Virus record (IMG/VR): IMGVR_UViG_3300017770_000016 | Location: 1 to 53,732 of that record | Source: a virus | Taxonomy: Duplodnaviria > Caudoviricetes | Length of the DNA stretch: 53,732 nt | Direction: 5' to 3' (one strand) | In this document: positions 19,000-27,366 of the stretch, one piece after another | How positions within the stretch are numbered: the first letter of the stretch is position 1 | How the letters are laid out: each line of letters begins with the position of its first letter | Made by a program: the position numbers and the translations under genes | Notes under the pieces: model-generated | Database searches by the model: none | What the model was told of the DNA's origin: nothing | The model's input: only the letters and a program-made list of their open reading frames with translations

Positions 19000-19749
19000 A
19001 TGGCAAAGAATCAAGCTGTCGATATGTTGAATAATCCAAAGCGTAGTCTGCCAGAGCGGCACAAGGAGAAGCCGTTCACCAAGAAGCAGCAGGCGTTCAT
19101 TCAGCACTATGTGTATCACGATCTGACTAACACAGAAGCTGCGCATCGAGCAGGTTACTCAAACCCACGGCAGATTGCGTATGTGCTTTTGAATGATCCC
19201 AGATACATGAACGTGCAGATGAAGATTCGTGAACTGCAAGAGGCGCAGCAGAAGAAATATGAGATTACGTTTGAGAAGGTTGCGCGTGACTTGCAGATGA
19301 TAAGGGACAGGGCAGTTGAAGATGGATCGTATGGTGCAGCCGTCACAGCAGAGTTGGGTAGAGCAAAACTTGCGGGCCTGATGGTTGAGAAGAAAGAGAT
19401 CAAGCACGGGCGAATCGACCAAATGGATCGATCAGAAGTTGAGGCCAGGTTGAATGCTCTGCTCGACAAAAATCAGCTGATGCCCGGCTTGCGCGCTGCA
19501 GTGGTGGATGACAGCGTGATTGATGTTGAGGATGTGCCTGATGATGATGTTGAAGAGGCACAGTTTGAGGATGCAGAGTTCGAGGAACAGGAAGATGAGG
19601 AGCCCGCAGCGGAGCCCCTCGATGGTGAGGATGAAGAGGATTTAGGTGAGGATTATGATTTAGGTGATGAGGATGATTTAGGTGAGGAGGAGGAGGACGA
19701 AGAAGATGAGGAGGATGATTTAGAGCCAGACGAAGAGGACGAATGGTAA
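19000..19749 (+). CDS. terS: Terminase small subunit with a long acidic C-terminal tail
   Basis: FTKKQQAFIQHYV...TEAAHRAGYS HTH; ELGRAKLAGL; D/E-rich tail. Confidence 0.75.
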   Translation: MAKNQAVDMLNNPKRSLPERHKEKPFTKKQQAFIQHYVYHDLTNTEAAHRAGYSNPRQIAYVLLNDPRYMNVQMKIRELQEAQQKKYEITFEKVARDLQMIRDRAVEDGSYGAAVTAELGRAKLAGLMVEKKEIKHGRIDQMDRSEVEARLNALLDKNQLMPGLRAAVVDDSVIDVEDVPDDDVEEAQFEDAEFEEQEDEEPAAEPLDGEDEEDLGEDYDLGDEDDLGEEEEDEEDEEDDLEPDEEDEW

Positions 19750-20033
19750 CGAACCAACGCAATCGGTGGTCTGAAACCTTTGCCTCTACGCCTCAGTTGA
19801 GTGATACGCCTTGGCTTATCAATGCGTCTAACCGCTCGAAAGGCTTTGCTTCGATGCGCCTGACAGCAGTACTTGGCTGATGACTGCGTGCTCATGAACT
19901 TCACACCACACCATAAGCATGTGAACTCACGCTCAACTTTGTGTTGGTGCATCGTGGATGAGTTGGCTCTCATGCCCCCACGAGTTTCTTTTTCGTAGGG
20001 ATCTGTTGATGAGATGAGGTCTTCCATGATCAA
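19653..20033 (-). CDS. Small Zn-finger protein
   Basis: FTCLWCG.KF...AKYCCQAHR; its 3' end overlaps terS antisense. Confidence 0.6.
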   Translation of the reverse strand: MIMEDLISSTDPYEKETRGGMRANSSTMHQHKVEREFTCLWCGVKFMSTQSSAKYCCQAHRSKAFRAVRRIDKPRRITQLRRRGKGFRPPIALVRYHSSSSSGSKSSSSSSSSSSSSPKSSSSPKS

Positions 20034-20560
20034 GGCTCCATCACGATTGATTTGCCAATGGTCTGAGGCAGTCGGGTTGTGCGCAAAGCAAACTCTTTGT
20101 TCCCAGACAACGTGATGCGCTCCGCTTGGGCACGGCTCATGGCTGTGACCTTCACTTCGTGCTTGATTACTTCAAGGTAGCTGATGGTGTACTCAGTCAG
20201 AACACCACGAGAATCTTCGTAGCATTCGCTGTAGCACATCGGGCAGCAGTTACGCATGCCCGTGTCAGTGTTGATTGATGCAAGCATGTGCTCAGCAGTC
20301 ATCGTGCCGCACTCGTCGCAGGCGAAGAAGATGTCCTCGTCAGCAACGGTGGTGCCAGAAACATTGGCGTCAGGAATCGATGTGGCAAGACCAAGGCGGC
20401 TAAGCCTTTGCTCTTTGTTCAGGCCGTACATCTCTTCCAACTCTTCGACCTCGTCATCGCATCCAATGCACATCGCGGTGGTGCCGTGAAACACCATGCT
20501 ACGTTCATGGTTGTACTCACCACAGCGGTCACAAGAAATCTTGCCGTCGATTGAACTCAT
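20030..20560 (-). CDS. Cys-rich hypothetical protein (two Zn-finger-like units)
   Basis: CDRC...CIGC and CDEC...CPMC; ATGA overlap with the upstream gene. Confidence 0.65.
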   Translation of the reverse strand: MSSIDGKISCDRCGEYNHERSMVFHGTTAMCIGCDDEVEELEEMYGLNKEQRLSRLGLATSIPDANVSGTTVADEDIFFACDECGTMTAEHMLASINTDTGMRNCCPMCYSECYEDSRGVLTEYTISYLEVIKHEVKVTAMSRAQAERITLSGNKEFALRTTRLPQTIGKSIVMEP

Positions 20561-21183
20561 GATGCAGTCCTCCAGTATTTGTATGCTTCCGCCTCTGGGA
20601 TAATGTTGAGCCATATCCAATCCTTGGCGTTCTTGTCAGTGCGCTGCAAGACAAAGTGAGCCTTGTATTTCTCTAAGATCTCATCGGTGGGCTTGTCTTT
20701 GCCAAGCTGTAAGATGTCGTTGCTCTTGGGGTCATAGACCGCGACTTTCTTCTTCAACGTCTTGCGCATTTCTTTTAGCGTTAGTTGTTCGTTGATCAGA
20801 TCCGTGATCAGCCAGTCGATTAGCTCGTCACTCTTTCCATCACCGAATGCATCTATCGCCCATTGCAGGTCTTCGCCTAACTCAATCTTCTTGAGTGTGT
20901 ATTGCTTGGCCTCTTCACGGGCGATTGCCATGGCCTCATCAAAAGCTTCTTTGCCTTTGCCGAAATCAGATGGTGAGTAGAAGTTCGGGCCACCGTTGCC
21001 ACCGTTGGACACAGAGAACATGCGCTTGCCGTTGATGTAGACAGATGCTCGGAAGCAGTGCGTTTCCTCAGAGAAGGTCACGTTGTGACTGAGGTTCTTG
21101 AGTTCCATGGTAGAGCGTGGCTCTATCGCTGCAAGCGTAGGGTCAAGGTCTTTGGGTTGGAATGGTTTGTTGTTGCGTGGCAT
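20557..21183 (-). CDS. Hypothetical early protein
   Basis: SEETHCFRASVYINGK...SNGGNGGP; AAAAGGAG RBS; preceded by a promoter. Confidence 0.75.
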   Translation of the reverse strand: MPRNNKPFQPKDLDPTLAAIEPRSTMELKNLSHNVTFSEETHCFRASVYINGKRMFSVSNGGNGGPNFYSPSDFGKGKEAFDEAMAIAREEAKQYTLKKIELGEDLQWAIDAFGDGKSDELIDWLITDLINEQLTLKEMRKTLKKKVAVYDPKSNDILQLGKDKPTDEILEKYKAHFVLQRTDKNAKDWIWLNIIPEAEAYKYWRTAS

Positions 21184-21216
21184 ATGCTTTCTCCTTTTGT
21201 TTGCTATGCGCGTTCG

Positions 21217-21244
21217 ATAATAATGCTTTGGCGTTCTATGTCAA
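21217..21244 (-). promoter_or_regulatory. Sigma70-type promoter
   Basis: TTGACA-N16-TATTAT on the minus strand upstream of 21183. Confidence 0.6.
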
Positions 21245-21378
21245 TAGAGAATTATGAGTGCCGACAAAAATGCTCCAAAATGTGGGGATTTGTGGGGGTT
21301 AGTCGCTCCCCACCCCTCTCACAAGGGGTCTAGCGTTTGATTTGAGGCGTTTTCCCGCCCGCCTAGGGGTTTGCGTAG

Positions 21379-21523
21379 GCTTGCGGCCTTGCGGCCTTGT
21401 ACGGGGCCGTGCGTGCGTCTGAGAGCTTGCGGCCTTTTGCGATTTTTTAAGCATGCTTGCGGGCTTGCGGCCTTGATCGAATATATATGCTTGCGGCTTG
21501 CGGCCTTGGGCGATCCGCGGATC
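21379..21523. repeat. CTTGCGG repeat array 1
   Basis: 7 same-orientation CTTGCGG copies; TATATATGCTTG; GATCCGCGGATC palindrome. Confidence 0.85.
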
Positions 21524-21551
21524 ACGGCGGCGGGCCCGAGGGCCTGGGGGA

Positions 21552-21776
21552 TTACTCCCCCGCCTCGATGTCCGTGTATGTGTAGATGTATCGGATATTG
21601 CAATCGCCGTACTCGACGCCAGGTATTGGCTCGCCGGTATTGAAGTCTACCGGATAGGTCGGTTCTTCTAGGCTGGCATCGTCTATCAGGTTGTAAGCTT
21701 CTTCCTCGCTATTAGCTTTCACTTCGTAGGTGTGAACCTCTTTGATTTCTACTGAAACGTAATAGGTTTTTAACAT
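21552..21776 (-). CDS. Small acidic hypothetical protein
   Basis: MLKTYYVSVEIKEVHTYEVKANSEEEAY; GGAGAG RBS. Confidence 0.65.
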   Translation of the reverse strand: MLKTYYVSVEIKEVHTYEVKANSEEEAYNLIDDASLEEPTYPVDFNTGEPIPGVEYGDCNIRYIYTYTDIEAGE

Positions 21777-22165
21777 ATTTCTTCTCTCCAGCAGTCCAGC
21801 AACTCCTTGATGGATGACTCGACTTCGTCGCGCTGCTCCTCGTCGAAGTAGTACTTGCCATTGCGTGCAAGGAAAGCTTTCATAAAGGGAAGCTTCCACA
21901 ATTGCGCCTCCTCTTTCTCCGTGAGCTTTTTCTGCGGGTATCTCGTGCCATCAGAAAAGCAGAACGATACCTTTACGATATCGCTCATTAGCTCTAATTC
22001 ATCAACGCTATTGATATCAAACATTGACTGTATGAGGTTATAGATCACCCGATCTTCTGACTCGGTCACGTCAAGCTTGAAATTCTGCTCTCCCATTTCT
22101 TGCTCGTGGTTTGCGAAAGTAAAAATTGCTTCCGCATGTATGTCGTTTTTCCAGCATATAGCCAT
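21770..22165 (-). CDS. Hypothetical protein
   Basis: MAICWKND...; AAGGAG RBS. Confidence 0.65.
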   Translation of the reverse strand: MAICWKNDIHAEAIFTFANHEQEMGEQNFKLDVTESEDRVIYNLIQSMFDINSVDELELMSDIVKVSFCFSDGTRYPQKKLTEKEEAQLWKLPFMKAFLARNGKYYFDEEQRDEVESSIKELLDCWREEIC

Positions 22166-22178
22166 GGTTTTTGTCTCC

Positions 22179-22793
22179 TTAGTGGTATTTGTAAGATATG
22201 TTTTTGATGCGTGGATTCCAGCATGCGCGACAATCTTTGCACTCGTTGTCTTGCTTGTACGCGATACACTCACGGCCAAACGGTTTGCCAATGTGAACCG
22301 TGCTTGTGTGCTGGTAGTGCTTGATAGGTGCTTGGTCAATATTGGGTGACGATACGCGCACTATCAGATTCTTTGGGAAGCTTCCGTGCTTGCGCATGAA
22401 TCGCGCTACCATTAGATATTCTTTGGTGGGTAGCCAATGCTTGGTGTTTGGTGTCGCGATTGCTACGCGCACGATATTGGCTAGGTGTTCGTCGCTTTGG
22501 ATATCGCCGCTATCAAACCAACGAAAATACTCGTCGCCATTGATGGCGGTTACCATGGCATCGACCCAGCCAGCAGTGAAGATTGCGTCTAACCTTTTGG
22601 CGTGCGCCTTTTCCACTACCGGCCAAACATACGCGCCCTTCAGCGCATAGCATCCATGGCAAACCGTGCCTTCTACCTTGGCGAGTTTGCTACCAGTCTT
22701 GCATTCCTTGGCGCTAATTCCCCAAGATTTGCAAGGCATCTTGCTAGTTTGTGACAGCCCGCCTACAGCGGCGCGCGCTTCTGATACTTTCAT
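22179..22793 (-). CDS. GP88-family protein (Cys-rich, radical-SAM-like)
   Basis: LSQTSKMP, C..GSKL...VCHGCYA, FRWFDSGD, HWLPTKE and CKDCRACW motifs. Confidence 0.8.
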   Translation of the reverse strand: MKVSEARAAVGGLSQTSKMPCKSWGISAKECKTGSKLAKVEGTVCHGCYALKGAYVWPVVEKAHAKRLDAIFTAGWVDAMVTAINGDEYFRWFDSGDIQSDEHLANIVRVAIATPNTKHWLPTKEYLMVARFMRKHGSFPKNLIVRVSSPNIDQAPIKHYQHTSTVHIGKPFGRECIAYKQDNECKDCRACWNPRIKNISYKYH

Positions 22794-22915
22794 CCTTTTG
22801 TTTCCTTTTGTTGCCAGCCCATTGCTTGACTGTTGCGTCGATTTTAGCAAATTTTGCTAGGTATTTGCACATTTTTTTGGTGCCTAGCATTTGCTTCGAA
22901 CCCGTCATGAGCTCG

Positions 22916-23027
22916 GCTTGCGGCTTGCCAGGCTTGCGGCCTTGTGCGTTTTATATATGTTTGTTCGCAATGCCTGCGGCCTCGCAGGCTTGCGGCCCTT
23001 GGCCATTTATATATGTTTGCTTGCGGC
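22916..23027. repeat. CTTGCGG repeat array 2
   Basis: 4 exact and 2 variant copies; two TATATATGTTTG motifs; same orientation as array 1. Confidence 0.8.
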
Positions 23028-23064
23028 TTTGGGTGCCGGGTGCCGGGCTCCTGGCGTTGATCCG

Positions 23065-23088
23065 AAAAAAATGGGGGCCGCAGCCCCC
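23065..23088 (-). terminator. Rho-independent terminator
   Basis: GGGGGC-TGCG-GCCCCC followed by ATTTTTTT on the minus strand, just after the stop at 23096. Confidence 0.7.
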
Positions 23089-23095
23089 AGGTTGA

Positions 23096-23377
23096 TTATG
23101 ACTGATACTGTTCCAGCCACTCAGGCTCGGCATCGAGCAGCCGGTAGCAGGACTGAATCATGCCAGCGTATTGGTCGCCATAATCCCAGCTGCCAAATGT
23201 CGCATCCGACTTGGCTGCAGTGAACCATCGCGAGTACTGGTTCTTTTTCTCGGCCTCGACTGATTGCTTGTAGCGTTTCAGTATGCGTATTTCGATTGGG
23301 CCTAGGTCGCGGTGATAGCCAACATAGGTTGCATATGGTTTTTCAACGTCGCGTGTCTTTCCGAATGGGTTTGCCAT
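23096..23377 (-). CDS. Hypothetical early protein
   Basis: MANPFGKTR...KPYA...RILKRY...RWF.AAKS.ATFGSWDYGD.Y; AAAAGGA RBS. Confidence 0.75.
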   Translation of the reverse strand: MANPFGKTRDVEKPYATYVGYHRDLGPIEIRILKRYKQSVEAEKKNQYSRWFTAAKSDATFGSWDYGDQYAGMIQSCYRLLDAEPEWLEQYQS

Positions 23378-23445
23378 TGGTTTGTTTTCCTTTTGATTTG
23401 ATCCGTGGATCAGGTTGAGAGTGGGGGCCGGAGCCCCCGTCTAGG

Positions 23446-23733
23446 TTATCGGTTGCCGATTAGTTCGAGAACCATGTCGTTGGCTGCGGTCAGGTCATGC
23501 CCGCCAATGTTCCATTCGTCTACGTCCTCGATGGTGCCGCGGCCAATGTAGTTCGGGCCATTCTTCCAATTGTAGATTGTGGCCACTACGCCATCGCGCT
23601 CGAAGGCCCACTCCACGTCGGTTTTGTAGCCGTCACTCATGGCGTTGGGCTCGCCTATAAGCTCGACCAGTTTGGCGTATGGCATTTTGAAGCATCCGCA
23701 ATAGCTGGTGCCGTTGGTGTTGATATCGGTCAT
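23446..23733 (-). CDS. Hypothetical early protein
   Basis: GTSY.G...Y..LVE..GEP...KTDVEW...ATIYNWK...WNIGG; AAAAGGA RBS. Confidence 0.75.
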   Translation of the reverse strand: MTDINTNGTSYCGCFKMPYAKLVELIGEPNAMSDGYKTDVEWAFERDGVVATIYNWKNGPNYIGRGTIEDVDEWNIGGHDLTAANDMVLELIGNR

Positions 23734-23825
23734 AGCATTTTATCCTTTTGCTTTGTCGTTACAGTTTAATTGATGCGAGGCCGCATCGCAATGGGCACCC
23801 GATTGGATGCCCAGCACGTTGATGC

Positions 23826-24092
23826 CTAGACCATGTCGATGCGGACACTAGTGCGCTCGTGGGCCTTGACCTGCGCGAGTGTGACCTTGTACTTGGCGGT
23901 CTCGCCATTGATCTGCATTTTTCCTTCATTGCGACCAGTGCGCGCCGCGATCTTTTTGGCGCGGTCTTTTGCTGGTGACATTGCTGCAGCAATCGCGGCC
24001 TCGATAGCAGCCAACTCTTTTGCTTTTTTGGTTTGCGATATTTCAAACTTCAAAAGTTTTTGCGCTGCGATTAGATCTTTGAGTGATTCCAT
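23826..24092 (-). CDS. Small basic Ala/Lys-rich protein, first gene of the early block
   Basis: MESLKDLIAAQK...; AAAAGG RBS; promoter upstream. Confidence 0.6.
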   Translation of the reverse strand: MESLKDLIAAQKLLKFEISQTKKAKELAAIEAAIAAAMSPAKDRAKKIAARTGRNEGKMQINGETAKYKVTLAQVKAHERTSVRIDMV

Positions 24093-24132
24093 TTTGTTTG
24101 CCTTTTGTTTCAGTGCGTCATTGCACAAATGC

Positions 24133-24161
24133 AATGTATCAGAAAAAAACAACACACACAA
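24133..24161 (-). promoter_or_regulatory. Putative early promoter
   Basis: TTGTGT-N17-TACATT with TGn extended -10. Confidence 0.45.
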
Positions 24162-24457
24162 GCAAAACAACGCAACGCCAACGCAACAACCTAGACACAA
24201 GTTAGACATCACCTGATCGATAGGGCGCGCCTCACTGTTAAACCTCCGCGCTCACATCGTCGCGGCCTTCCATCGCGCCACTCAGTCGCCCGCTCAGCCT
24301 AACAGTTTGCATAACCTGCGAGCGGCCTAGGTACCCTAGGGCGCGCACCCAAAAAAAGCCCGCGACTTGTCGCGACCCCACCACCCCCTATACAGCGCAG
24401 CGTATAGTGTTAGTGTATATATAACGTTCCCCACCCATAATGTTATGAAAAATAGAA

Positions 24458-25921
24458 ATGGCTAACCTCAGTCACCTCTCTGAAGGTGAGATGAAAGAGA
24501 TTTTGATGTTGCAGGAGCGTTTGACGCTTCTGGATACGCAGCACAAGGCGAAGGACTCGTTCATGGAGTACATACGGTACATCTGGCCGGGCTTCATTGA
24601 GGGTGATCACCATCGGATCATTGCGGAGAAGTTGACTCGTGTGGCGAAGGGTGAGTTGAAGCGGTTGATTGTGAACATGCCGCCCCGTCATACGAAGAGT
24701 GAGTTCGCTTCGATCTACTTTCCGTCTTGGGTGATGGGTTTGAATCCTGACATGAAGATCATGCAGACCACGCACACGGCTGATTTATCGATCAATTTTG
24801 GTCGCAAGGTGCGTAACCTGATGGATTCGGACGAGTATTCTAATATTTTTCCCAAGGTATCCTTGGCCTCTGACTCAAAAAGTGCGGGGAAGTGGCAAAC
24901 GAGTCAGGGTGGTGAATATTTTGCGGCAGGTGTGGGTGGTGCGATAGCGGGTAGGGGTGCAGATTTATTGATTATTGACGATCCGCACTCTGAACAGGAC
25001 GCGATGTCGATCAATCTGCTGGATTCCTGTTACGAGTGGTACACATCGGGGCCGAGGCAGCGACTTCAGCCTGGTGGTGCGATTGTTATTGTGATGACTC
25101 GATGGAATACGGCGGATTTGACGGGTAGGTTGTTGAATCGGCAGACGGAGACGCACTCTGACCAGTGGGAGGTGGTTGAATTGCCTGCTGTTTTTGAAGA
25201 TTCGGGCAATGTGTTGTGGCCAGAGTTCTGGAAGAAGGAGGAATTGGATGCAGTTAAGGCGTCGATCCCTGTTTCCAAGTGGAATGCGCAGTATCAGCAG
25301 AATCCTACGTCGGAAGAGGGTGCGATTATCAAGCGGGAGTGGTGGCAGCTATGGGAAGCTGAAGATCCTCCTGCGTGTCATTATGTTATTCAGTCGTATG
25401 ATACTGCGTTTTCTAAGAAGGAGACGGCGGACTACTCCGCTATCACCACATGGGGCGTATTTTCGCCGCAAGAAGGCATGGGTGATGCGATTATTTTGTT
25501 GGATGCGCAGAAAGGCAGGTGGGACTTCCCTGAGTTGAAGTCAGTTGCGCAGGAGCAGTATGTTGAGTTCAACCCCGACATGGTGTTGATTGAGGCTCAG
25601 GCGAGTGGCACGCCGCTGACGCACGAGTTGAGGGCGATGGGAATTCCTGTGGTGAATTACCGGCCTTCCAGAGGTAATGACAAGATGACTCGTGTGCATG
25701 CGGCGAGTCCTGTGTTTGAGGCTGGGATGGTATGGGCGCCTGATCGTGTATTTGCGGATGAGGTGATTGAGGAATGCGCTGCATTTCCGTTTGCACCGCA
25801 CGATGATTATGTAGACACTACGACGCAGGCGATATTAAGATTCAGACAGGGTAACTTCATCAATCTTTATTCTGACGAGGATGAAGAAGAAGTATACCGA
25901 GATAGGCGCGCATATTATTAG
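24458..25921 (+). CDS. terL: Terminase large subunit
   Basis: NMPPRHTKS Walker A, LIIDDP Walker B, VMTRW, YQQNP, QSYDTA and HDDYVD RNase-H motifs. Confidence 0.95.
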   Translation: MANLSHLSEGEMKEILMLQERLTLLDTQHKAKDSFMEYIRYIWPGFIEGDHHRIIAEKLTRVAKGELKRLIVNMPPRHTKSEFASIYFPSWVMGLNPDMKIMQTTHTADLSINFGRKVRNLMDSDEYSNIFPKVSLASDSKSAGKWQTSQGGEYFAAGVGGAIAGRGADLLIIDDPHSEQDAMSINLLDSCYEWYTSGPRQRLQPGGAIVIVMTRWNTADLTGRLLNRQTETHSDQWEVVELPAVFEDSGNVLWPEFWKKEELDAVKASIPVSKWNAQYQQNPTSEEGAIIKREWWQLWEAEDPPACHYVIQSYDTAFSKKETADYSAITTWGVFSPQEGMGDAIILLDAQKGRWDFPELKSVAQEQYVEFNPDMVLIEAQASGTPLTHELRAMGIPVVNYRPSRGNDKMTRVHAASPVFEAGMVWAPDRVFADEVIEECAAFPFAPHDDYVDTTTQAILRFRQGNFINLYSDEDEEEVYRDRRAYY

Positions 25922-25930
25922 GAGCTTCGT

Positions 25931-27067
25931 ATGGCTAATACCAAATACGACAACAGAACCCGCCAGCAAATAGCCAGTGATGTTTTAAAGGAAAAAGGTT
26001 TATTCGGTACGATTGGGACTTATTTAAGTGGCGACATGCCCCGATCCGAAAGCAGGGATGATATTCAAGGCAAAGTAAATCGCAGACGCAAAGGGATGGA
26101 AGTCCTCAAGCAACGCGAAGCTGAAGGTAGAAAGCGTGCTGCTCGCCTCAAGAGAGAGAAGGAACAGCAGATCGCAAAGAATGAAGCGGCTCGCAAAGAG
26201 CGTATTCGTGCTAGTGAGCAAGCAAAGATTGATCGTCAAGCTGCGTCTGTTAGTGGCAGGGCTTTAAATGCTGACGAAAAGAAAGCAATTGCCGACATGA
26301 AGCGTCGAGAGCGTTTGGCTCAAGCAGATTCTGCAAAGGCAAGCACGGGTGTCCTGCGTTCCTCTGCAAACCCAGCGAAGCCAAAGCCTCCCGCCAAGCC
26401 AAAGGTTCCTGCAAAGACTGCTTCCACGTCCACTAAGCCAGCCGCAAATACTTCCTCTACGACCTCGAAGCCTGCTGCGAAGTCCACTCCCGCCAGTTCC
26501 ACGCCTGCATCAAGCGGCCCAGACTGGAAGCAGTACAAGTCTGTTGCTGCGGCAAAGAGAGCAGGTTCTAGATTTTATACAGGCCGTGACGGCAAGAAGA
26601 AGTTAGCGATTACGAAGGAAGAGCTTGGTCGTAAGAAGGGTGAGACGCTTACTCAAGCGTACAATCGATTTGAAGGAAAGACTGCTAGAAAAACCGCAAA
26701 CAAAGCTGGAGGCGGCATGATGAAATCTAAGATGGCGTCTAAAGGTGGTGCTCGTGGTGGCAAACGTATGCCTACGGGTATGAAGGCTGGTGGCCCTGCA
26801 GGCAAGTTTCCTGATCTCAGTGGTGACGGCAAGGTAACACAGAAAGATATCTTGATGGGCAAGGGTGTCGTCAAGAAGCAAGCTGGCGGCATGATGAAGT
26901 CCAAAGGCATGGCTAAAGGCGGTGCCATGAAGAAGAAAGGTTATGCCATGGGTGGTATGACCAAGAAGGGCATGGCCAAAGGCGGGCCCGTCAAGAAGAA
27001 AGCTGTCTCACGCAAGCCTCGCGGCGTAGGTGCTGCGCTTCGTGGATACGGCAAGGCGATGAAATAA
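25931..27067 (+). CDS. Very basic Lys/Ala-rich protein with tandem xxKGG repeats
   Basis: MAKGG, MKAGG, YAMGG and KQAGG repeats; DLSGDGKVTQKD loop; ends RGVGAALRGYGKAMK. Confidence 0.75.
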   Translation: MANTKYDNRTRQQIASDVLKEKGLFGTIGTYLSGDMPRSESRDDIQGKVNRRRKGMEVLKQREAEGRKRAARLKREKEQQIAKNEAARKERIRASEQAKIDRQAASVSGRALNADEKKAIADMKRRERLAQADSAKASTGVLRSSANPAKPKPPAKPKVPAKTASTSTKPAANTSSTTSKPAAKSTPASSTPASSGPDWKQYKSVAAAKRAGSRFYTGRDGKKKLAITKEELGRKKGETLTQAYNRFEGKTARKTANKAGGGMMKSKMASKGGARGGKRMPTGMKAGGPAGKFPDLSGDGKVTQKDILMGKGVVKKQAGGMMKSKGMAKGGAMKKKGYAMGGMTKKGMAKGGPVKKKAVSRKPRGVGAALRGYGKAMK

Positions 27068-27366
27068 TGGCCTTACCTGCGGTAATAGCTGCTTTCATCA
27101 GCAGAGAGGGCATCAAGAAAGCCATCAAGAAGTTTGGTGAGAAGGCTGTAAAAGAGTCAACTGAAGAGCCGATCAAAGGCGTCACACAAGCCCGTCAAAA
27201 GATGATGACGCCTGCTCAGAAGAGTCGCGCTCGAAAGGCTCAGAAAGACTTGGGCCTTTCTGCCCGCAGGGACATGAAGGATGCCAAGCCGCCTATTGAG
27301 AGGTCAAAGGGCGGCATGGCCAATAAGCGCACTAAGAGCACCAAGTGGGAAGCCAAGTGGGGATAG
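27067..27366 (+). CDS. Small basic protein
   Basis: TAATG coupling; RSKGG near the C-terminus. Confidence 0.65.
   Translation: MALPAVIAAFISREGIKKAIKKFGEKAVKESTEEPIKGVTQARQKMMTPAQKSRARKAQKDLGLSARRDMKDAKPPIERSKGGMANKRTKSTKWEAKWG

Noticed and set aside
21379-23027. Repeat arrays as a CRISPR or mini-CRISPR array
   Set aside because: Repeat units are only 7-10 bp with irregular spacing and no constant-length spacers; no cas operon is present
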